A stretch of DNA of 24,000 nt from Patescibacteria group bacterium. Lineage in GTDB: Bacteria; Patescibacteriota; Microgenomatia; UBA8517. Both the position numbers and the translations under genes were made by a program. The notes beneath the pieces are model-generated. The model did not search any database and had not been told where the DNA came from. It saw nothing but the letters and a program-made list of their open reading frames with translations. Of this stretch, positions 18,133 through 24,000 are shown in pieces (position 1 is the first letter of the stretch; the number at the start of each line of letters is the position of its first letter). The DNA lies in the NCBI GenBank assembly GCA_025057695.1, contig JANWVB010000003.1, positions 1,136-25,135 of the forward strand. Reading direction: 5' to 3'.

Positions 18133-18774
18133 ATGTCTGAAGTTTTTGTTCCAAGGGAAAATATCTTAGATGATTTATTGAAAGTAGGCGAAGACAAACC
18201 TTTAGGTTACTTGGAAGTGGGCTATATGAGGCTTGCTTTAAACGCGATAGATACTTCAATATGGGACTTTTTCAGGAAATTAGATGCTAATGGTAAAAAG
18301 GTCAAGGTGTTTCCCCCAAGGTATCGTGACAACCTTGTGCTTGAAAAGATTTGGATCGAATTGCCTCGTTACAGAGAAGAATTTGGGCCTTTGCAAGATA
18401 TGCAGGTGTTACCTGGTTGTGTGGCTGAGATTTATACAAGTGATATCGACAGGTTTGAAGGTGTAAGAAATTTTTTGGAAAGTTTTACTTCTTTGTCGAT
18501 TGAAGAGATATTATCGCCAGATTCAGAGCTAGCAGAGTTTCAATCAGTTTATGTGTATGACCCAGAAAGTTTGGCAAAATTACTAAAGGAAAACGAGCAT
18601 TTGCTGAGAAATTATGGTTGGCCAACCAATCCAAATGAGTTTGTAAATTACGTTTATTTAATTCATGCTGACCAAAAAACACCTTTATTTGATCTTATTG
18701 CTAATGCTTTTGGCGATAAATCTAATCCAGGAAGAACAGATGTGGAAGGAGATTATGTTGAAGATGATGAATAA
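18133..18774 (+). CDS. Hypothetical cytoplasmic acidic protein inserted between dnaK and dnaJ
   Basis: 213 aa, ATG 30 nt after the dnaK stop, with no TM or signal peptide and an acidic C-terminal tail GDYVEDDE. No family recognised. Confidence 0.55.
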   Translation: MSEVFVPRENILDDLLKVGEDKPLGYLEVGYMRLALNAIDTSIWDFFRKLDANGKKVKVFPPRYRDNLVLEKIWIELPRYREEFGPLQDMQVLPGCVAEIYTSDIDRFEGVRNFLESFTSLSIEEILSPDSELAEFQSVYVYDPESLAKLLKENEHLLRNYGWPTNPNEFVNYVYLIHADQKTPLFDLIANAFGDKSNPGRTDVEGDYVEDDE

Positions 18775-18886
18775 AAAGGTTTAATTAAGATTAATATTTG
18801 CCACACATAATGTTTAAAAAATTAACTTTTGTCCCTGTTTGTGTCTTAATTATTTAAGAGTTGATTTCTGTGTTAGTATGGATCGC

Positions 18887-18916
18887 TTCACAAATTGTCT
18901 TTTAATCTTGTATACT
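18887..18916 (+). promoter_or_regulatory. Candidate dnaJ promoter TTCACA-N18-TATACT
   Basis: TTCACA lies at 18887-18892 and TATACT at 18911-18916, within the unusually long 227-nt gap upstream of dnaJ. Confidence 0.4.
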
Positions 18917-18942
18917 TAGCACTGATTAATGTTTTTTGCTAG
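18916..18942 (+). promoter_or_regulatory. Degenerate CIRCE-like element
   Basis: TTAGCACTG-N9-TTTTGCTAG. The left arm matches the consensus 8/9, the right arm 5/9 (TGCTA core kept), and the N9 spacing is correct. Confidence 0.4.
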
Positions 18943-19001
18943 AGATATTTGCCTTTGTTGGCGTTAGTTTGGTAAATAGATAAGTTAATTAATTAATTCT
19001 T

Positions 19002-19883
19002 ATGTCCGCTACCAAAACTGATTACTACGATTTACTAGGTGTAAGCAAAAACGCTTCTCTTGAGGAGATTAAAAAAGCTTACCGCAAACAGGCTCTTGAG
19101 TGGCATCCTGATCGTCACCAAGGAGCGGACAAAGAAATGGCAGAGAAGCGTTTTAAAGAAATAAATGAAGCGTATCAAGTGCTTTCCGACCCACAGAAAA
19201 GACAGGCATATGATCAGTTTGGGCATCAAGCTTTTGCGCCCGGTGGTGGGATGGGAAGCGCTGGAAGAGCCGGAAGCCCTTTTAGTGGGTTTGGTGGGTT
19301 TGGACCTTTTACTTATACTTACACTTATACTTCTGAAAACCCTTTTGGTGGTACTGATTTTGGTGATCCTTTTGATATTTTTGAACAATTTTTTGGAAGC
19401 GCTTCCCCTTTTAGAAGAAACAGACTCCCTAGATACTCTATAACGATTGATTTTATGGAAGCGATGAAAGGAGTTGAAAAGGAGATTGTAGTTAATGGAA
19501 AGAAAAGAAAGGTAAAAATTCCAGCAGGGGTTGACGATGGCACAAGAATTCAATTTGACGATTTTGTTTTATCAATTAACGTTAAGCCAAGCAGTATTTA
19601 TGAGCGTGATGGACAAGATTTATATATCACAGAAGTCATTCCTATTTCGATGGCTATTCTTGGCGGAGAGATAAAGGTGCCGACTATTGATGGCGATGTG
19701 AAGCTAAAAATTCGACCGGGAACTCAGTCTAATAGCATGATAAGACTTCGTGAACGTGGCGTGCCAGGATTAAGACACCAAAAGCGTGGAGACCAATATG
19801 TGAAAATTCATGTTGCGATACCTGAAAAGTTAACTAGTGAACAAAGAAATTTGGTTAATCAACTTAGGCTGAAAGGGTTGTAG
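19002..19883 (+). CDS. dnaJ: J-domain co-chaperone, class B (CbpA-like DnaJ without zinc finger)
   Basis: J domain DYYDLLGVSKNASLEEIKKAYRKQALEWHPDRH, a G/F-rich region and two C-terminal beta domains. The protein contains no cysteine at all, so no CxxCxGxG zinc-finger domain is present. Confidence 0.85.
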   Translation: MSATKTDYYDLLGVSKNASLEEIKKAYRKQALEWHPDRHQGADKEMAEKRFKEINEAYQVLSDPQKRQAYDQFGHQAFAPGGGMGSAGRAGSPFSGFGGFGPFTYTYTYTSENPFGGTDFGDPFDIFEQFFGSASPFRRNRLPRYSITIDFMEAMKGVEKEIVVNGKKRKVKIPAGVDDGTRIQFDDFVLSINVKPSSIYERDGQDLYITEVIPISMAILGGEIKVPTIDGDVKLKIRPGTQSNSMIRLRERGVPGLRHQKRGDQYVKIHVAIPEKLTSEQRNLVNQLRLKGL

Positions 19884-19910
19884 TTTGATTATTTTTAATG
19901 CTTTTTGTTG

Positions 19911-19940
19911 TTGAAATCAATTTTTTACTGGCTTTATACT
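19911..19940 (+). promoter_or_regulatory. Candidate promoter TTGAAA-N18-TATACT for the alpha-2-macroglobulin-like gene
   Basis: TTGAAA lies at 19911-19916 and TATACT at 19935-19940, 28 nt after the dnaJ stop. Confidence 0.4.
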
Positions 19941-19946
19941 CATTTT

Positions 19947-22900
19947 GTGAGTAACTTTGGTGAAAATAAAAAAAGTTTCCCTGACATCTTTTACTTTGTT
20001 AAAGGTTTATTTGCGAAATTAAAAGTGTTGCATCTTTTTCAAAAATTAAGGTATTGGTATCAAACAAGTCCGAAAAAGGCTAAGGTTTACATTTCAATAA
20101 TTGCCCTTTCCTTTGTCCTATCGGTTTTATTTGTTGTTTTAAGGTTACAGGGTCAAAATAAACTTCCGTTACCTCCATTTATAACTACCAATTCTAACGA
20201 TCTCGACTCTGGAGTTTGGCAGAAGATGATGATTTCTGAGAAAAGTGAACCTTTTTTTAATCTTAACCCGAATTTAGAAGACGAAAGAATCTATGGGATT
20301 GTGCCATCCGCTAAGTTTGTTCTAAGAACACAAAAGCCTGTGGATATTGGTTTCATAAATGAGCATATTTCAACCTCCGTTCCGGTAAATGTTGTTCCAG
20401 TGAAAGACACAGAATTTGAATTAATTCCGAAAAGAAAACTTTTGCCTAGTGAGGTGATCACATTCTCCTTTAATCTAAAAGATAAAGAAAAAGATGGGTA
20501 TTATTTTGATCGGAATTACGGTTGGGCGTATCAAGCTCAGCCAAAATTTGCCGTGAATAGCACATTGCCTAAAGACAAAACCAGGGATTTTCCTTTGAAT
20601 TCTGGTATAGAGATAACATTTAATCTTGATGATTACGAAGACCCTATTAGTTATCTTACGGTGAATCCCAAAATTGATTTTCGTCTGGAAAGACGAGGTA
20701 GTGTTTTGTCGATTGTGCCGCTTAAGAAACTCTCTCCTAGAACAGTTTATACTGTTACTCTCAAAAAGGGTTTAAAAGTAGTTAATGGTGTTGACTCCTT
20801 GGACAAAGATTTAATTTTTTCTTTTCAAACTGCGGACGAAATCGCAAATGATTATCGGTTTTATTTAAAGGAGAACTTGCAACAAGTTATTCCCGAGGGC
20901 GATGTGATATCTGGGGTGTATTTAGAGAATTGGGATAATGACCAGAATATAAAATTTGAAATTTATAAATTGCCTAACGCGAATGTGTTTGTGAATTCCA
21001 GAAAACAAATCGACAAAATTGAGGACTGGTGGCGTTATTTTCCAGAACAATACAATATAAACACTAAAGATTTTACAAAAATATCCGAAGGTGAGACAAA
21101 AATAGAAAAAATTGACGATGTTAACTATGTAAAAGTTCCAAGCAAGTTAAGTGAAGGTTTTTATTTAGTTAAATTTTATTATGACAATAACAAAAAACTT
21201 GAACAGCTATGGCTTCAAGTTACCCCTTTGATGGGGTATGTTTCTGTCGCGAAGGAAAATACCTTATTTTGGTTGAATTCGGTGGATGGATCGCCTATTG
21301 CAAGTGCAAGTGTTAGTGTTATGAATTCATCGATTAGCTATTCTACTAATGAAGAAGGTATTGCGCTATTTGCTACTCCCAAAAGCTTTTTCGAAGGAGA
21401 TAAAAAGTATTTTGAAATTACAAACAGGGATAATAAAAAGCTAATTTTGCCTGTTGGGTCGTTAAACGACTTGGAAAAGCCGGGCAAATTAACAAAAGAT
21501 GATTACTGGTCGTACATTTACACAGATAGGTATATGTATAAACCCAGTGACACTTTGTATTTTTGGGGGGTGGCGAAAAATCGCAATACCAATTCTTCAG
21601 TTTCTGAGGTTGAGGTAAAACTTACTTCTTCTTATGATTATGACAGTAACTTCTATGGCTATAACAAGGTTGAAGCAATTAGAAAGATTTCCACATCATC
21701 CAATGGTAGTTTTATAGGTAGTTTTAAAATTGACGATTTAACAAACCGTCATTATGAATTGTTGGTATTTGTTGATGGGATTGTCATAGCTAGGAGTGTG
21801 GTTTTGATTGAGGAATATGTAAAACCAGAGCTGAAGATCGAGGTTTCATCCAATAAAAAGGCAGTTTTTGCTGGAGAGGAAGTTGAGTTTTCTGGCAGAG
21901 TTAGTTTTTTTGACGGAACTGCCGCAAGTTATGTTCCTTTGTCGGTAATTAAAGGTTCTAATATTATCGCTAAGCTTGAAACAGGGAGAGATGGGGAGTT
22001 TGTTTACAAATATGTTACTTCTTATTCTGAGAATAAATACTATCCAAGTTATGAAACATTAGAGATTAGTTTAGACAAATCAGAATTTGCCGGAATTTAC
22101 CAGAATGTTGCAGTTTTGGTGTATGGTTCTAGGTTTAAGGTTGAAAGCAAAGCTAATCTGGATGGCGGTAATGCAAGAATAAAAGCTACTGTTTTTAACA
22201 TTGATTTAGGTCCTTTTAATGAAGGTGTTACGTCTGAAGTAAAGTCGGGTGTTGTAGGAGGGCAGAAAGTTGTTGTTCGTTCAAAAAGGACATGGTACGA
22301 AAGAATTGAAGATGGTACTTATTATGACTTTGTCGAGAAAGTTACCCGCACCAAGTATAAGTATAGCACACACCAAGAAGATTTTCCAGACAAAGAACTT
22401 TTGACTAATAATGATGGGCAGATAGACTATCAAGTACCACTTTCTAAAGGTAGTTCTTATACATTTGAGATTATTGCTAAGGATAAAGATGGACGCTCTC
22501 CGATTAGCAGAGAGTACCTATACTATTATGATGAAATTGATGTTGATAACGAGAGTTTTTCTTCTCCTTATCTGAAGCTTGAGAAAGGTTTTAATGCTTT
22601 TTCTGTTGGTGAAAATGTTGACATTAAGATTTATAAAGATAATAAAAATTATCCTGACAATGAGAAAAATAAGTTTCTTTTTATTAAAGCAAATAGAGGA
22701 AATTTGTCTTTTTCTTTGAAGGATGAACCATCTTTTGGTTTTGTTTTTGAAGAATCGCACAAGCCAAACATATATGTTGGCGCGATTGTATTTACGGGCA
22801 AGATTTACGAAGAAGTAGAAGCTTCTTGTGATAGGTCTTGGATCTGCGACTATTATTATTCATCTTATAGATACAAAGCTGATTTTAATGGTTTACAGAT

Positions 22901-24000
22901 TTTCTATCAAACTAAAGATAGTGAATTGGATTTTGATATAAAAACTGGCAAGTCAAAGTACGCTCCAGGTGAACAAGCGAAAGTAACTGTTAAGGTATCC
23001 AAAAATGGACAGCCTAGAGACGGTGTGACTGTAGCGCTTGCATTAGTAGATGAAGCTGTGGCGGCTATTGGAGGAGCAAACGAACCTTCTATAGAAAAGT
23101 CAATTTATAGAACCACTGGCGATTGGGTATATTACACATATTATACACACCGCTTTTTATTGCCTGATGGACATATGGCTGAGGGGGGTGGTGGCGGTAA
23201 CGATAGGAGTGAATTTGGGGACACGGCTTATTTTGGTTCTGCAGTCACAGATCAAAATGGAGAAGCAGTTTTTGAATTCAAGCTATTAGACAATATCACT
23301 AATTGGCTAATCTATGCTCAAGGTGTAGATAGTGATCTTAATTTTGGTCAAGAGAAAGCATCAGTTATTGCAACAAAGGAGTTTTTTGTTACTAACCAAT
23401 TTCCATCAACTATTATAAAGGGCGATAAGGCGTATCTTGCAATTAATGCCTATGGAAAAGTCTTAGAAAAAAACAAAAAAGTTTCTTACAATTACGCGTT
23501 TTTGGATCAAAGCGGAGAAAAAGCAATTAATAAGAAAGAATTTTCAGAGTTTCCTTTCAGAGATATCCACATTCCTTTCCCAAGTCTTGAAGTTGGCAAT
23601 TACAAAGTCAAAGCTGGTGGCAAATATAAGGAATATGAAGATTCAATCATGCTTCCATTAATAGTGAAATCTTCGAGAGTGATGTTTGAAAAACGAAACG
23701 ATATAAGTTTAGATCAAGGACAGTCAATTAGTTCTTTGCCGATAGATGAACTGGCAAAAGAGGAAAACATCAAATTGGTAATTACCGATCAAGGCAAGGG
23801 CAAGTTTTATAATGCTTTGTATAAATATTGCAACTCTTATAGTAATAGGATCGAAAAAAAGCTTGCCAATGTTCTGGCTGACAAAAGTTTGAGAAATTGG
23901 TTCAATGAAACTGATTGCAAAACGGCAAATCAAGAATTTTCCGGTTTTCAATCAAATGATGGTGGCATTAAACAAGTGCTGTGGGGAAGCAGTGATGTTG
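19947..24000 (+). CDS. Membrane-anchored alpha-2-macroglobulin-family protein (3'-partial, at least about 1350 aa); start codon uncertain (GTG 19947, GTG 20025 or TTG 20028)
   Basis: This ORF is not in the supplied track. The frame with codon starts divisible by 3 is open from the TAA at 19896-19898 to the window end; I translated it manually and found no stop. There is an N-terminal TM VYISIIALSFVLSVLFVVL (20085-20141) and an SbsA-Ig-like domain (...LSPRTVYTVTLKKGLK...FSFQTA). MG/A2M hallmarks: YIYTDRYMYKPSDTLYFWGV (21513-21572), IEEYVKPELKIEV (21807-21845), KYAPGEQAKVTVKV..ALALVDEAV (22956-23060) and FGDTAYFGSAVTDQNGEAVFEFKLLDNITNW (23214-23306). Confidence 0.8.
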   Translation, partial: MSNFGENKKSFPDIFYFVKGLFAKLKVLHLFQKLRYWYQTSPKKAKVYISIIALSFVLSVLFVVLRLQGQNKLPLPPFITTNSNDLDSGVWQKMMISEKSEPFFNLNPNLEDERIYGIVPSAKFVLRTQKPVDIGFINEHISTSVPVNVVPVKDTEFELIPKRKLLPSEVITFSFNLKDKEKDGYYFDRNYGWAYQAQPKFAVNSTLPKDKTRDFPLNSGIEITFNLDDYEDPISYLTVNPKIDFRLERRGSVLSIVPLKKLSPRTVYTVTLKKGLKVVNGVDSLDKDLIFSFQTADEIANDYRFYLKENLQQVIPEGDVISGVYLENWDNDQNIKFEIYKLPNANVFVNSRKQIDKIEDWWRYFPEQYNINTKDFTKISEGETKIEKIDDVNYVKVPSKLSEGFYLVKFYYDNNKKLEQLWLQVTPLMGYVSVAKENTLFWLNSVDGSPIASASVSVMNSSISYSTNEEGIALFATPKSFFEGDKKYFEITNRDNKKLILPVGSLNDLEKPGKLTKDDYWSYIYTDRYMYKPSDTLYFWGVAKNRNTNSSVSEVEVKLTSSYDYDSNFYGYNKVEAIRKISTSSNGSFIGSFKIDDLTNRHYELLVFVDGIVIARSVVLIEEYVKPELKIEVSSNKKAVFAGEEVEFSGRVSFFDGTAASYVPLSVIKGSNIIAKLETGRDGEFVYKYVTSYSENKYYPSYETLEISLDKSEFAGIYQNVAVLVYGSRFKVESKANLDGGNARIKATVFNIDLGPFNEGVTSEVKSGVVGGQKVVVRSKRTWYERIEDGTYYDFVEKVTRTKYKYSTHQEDFPDKELLTNNDGQIDYQVPLSKGSSYTFEIIAKDKDGRSPISREYLYYYDEIDVDNESFSSPYLKLEKGFNAFSVGENVDIKIYKDNKNYPDNEKNKFLFIKANRGNLSFSLKDEPSFGFVFEESHKPNIYVGAIVFTGKIYEEVEASCDRSWICDYYYSSYRYKADFNGLQIFYQTKDSELDFDIKTGKSKYAPGEQAKVTVKVSKNGQPRDGVTVALALVDEAVAAIGGANEPSIEKSIYRTTGDWVYYTYYTHRFLLPDGHMAEGGGGGNDRSEFGDTAYFGSAVTDQNGEAVFEFKLLDNITNWLIYAQGVDSDLNFGQEKASVIATKEFFVTNQFPSTIIKGDKAYLAINAYGKVLEKNKKVSYNYAFLDQSGEKAINKKEFSEFPFRDIHIPFPSLEVGNYKVKAGGKYKEYEDSIMLPLIVKSSRVMFEKRNDISLDQGQSISSLPIDELAKEENIKLVITDQGKGKFYNALYKYCNSYSNRIEKKLANVLADKSLRNWFNETDCKTANQEFSGFQSNDGGIKQVLWGSSDV

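Noticed and set aside
18810-18857. 15-codon hydrophobic mini-ORF (MFKKLTFVPVCVLII) in the dnaK-X/dnaJ gap
   Set aside because: There is no SD or promoter context, and an ORF this short is expected by chance in AT-rich sequence.
17040-19553. Antisense and out-of-frame ORFs inside dnaK, the 213-aa gene and dnaJ (17040-17234, 17393-17611, 17481-17843, 17979-18197, 18284-18466, 18485-18682, 19035-19553, 19165-19443, 19325-19543)
   Set aside because: They are fully nested in strongly supported genes. Their translations are low-complexity with no motifs.
19960-20022. GTG at 19960 as the start of the large downstream gene
   Set aside because: On careful counting this frame hits TAA at 20020-20022 after 20 codons. 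The long ORF is in the adjacent frame, where codon starts are divisible by 3.
22518-23951. Two minus-strand ORFs (22518-22760 and 23724-23951), the only track entries in the last 4 kb
   Set aside because: They lie antisense to the long stop-free plus-strand alpha-2-macroglobulin-like frame. They are low-complexity AT-rich translations with no recognisable features.
1-24000. Alternative genetic code (UGA recoding, as in Gracilibacteria/Absconditabacteria)
   Set aside because: Conserved proteins (DnaK, PcrA, MurJ) read through intact with the standard code. TGA also terminates several well-placed genes, including the PilN-like, 97-aa and 331-aa genes.
1-24000. Mobile elements, CRISPR arrays, tRNA/rRNA genes and defence systems
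   Set aside because: Reading both strands, I found no transposase- or integrase-like ORFs, no terminal inverted repeats, no spaced direct-repeat arrays and no tRNA-like T-arm motifs. The window looks like core chromosome.

Overview
AT-rich, very tightly packed bacterial chromosome segment. I ran no homology search; all calls come from motifs read in the supplied translations and from my own codon-by-codon reading. Gene content, left to right: a 5'-open hypothetical ORF, a FemAB-family peptidoglycan bridge transferase, a short PcrA/UvrD helicase and an LCP (LytR-CpsA-Psr) protein. A long minus-strand run follows: DUF2298 'YYY' membrane protein, a second GT-C-like polytopic membrane protein, four unrecognised single-pass envelope proteins, PilO-like, PilN-like and ribosomal protein S20. 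The plus strand then carries MurJ, a CIRCE-controlled hrcA-grpE-dnaK-X-dnaJ heat-shock cluster, and a >1350-codon membrane-anchored alpha-2-macroglobulin-like ORF. That last ORF runs off the window end and is absent from the supplied ORF track. Small protein sizes, weak Shine-Dalgarno usage and this gene mix suggest a Patescibacteria/CPR (Microgenomates-like) genome; this is inference only. The standard code applies, since TGA is used as a stop. I saw no rRNA, tRNA, CRISPR array, transposase or recognisable defence genes. The most interesting parts are: (1) the pilN-pilO-led operon of unknown envelope proteins, ending in a Thr/Pro-rich LPDAG-terminated protein next to two GT-C-like membrane proteins; (2) an unknown acidic protein inserted between dnaK and dnaJ; (3) the unlisted alpha-2-macroglobulin-like giant, which needs a non-ATG start and has an apparently degenerate thioester site.
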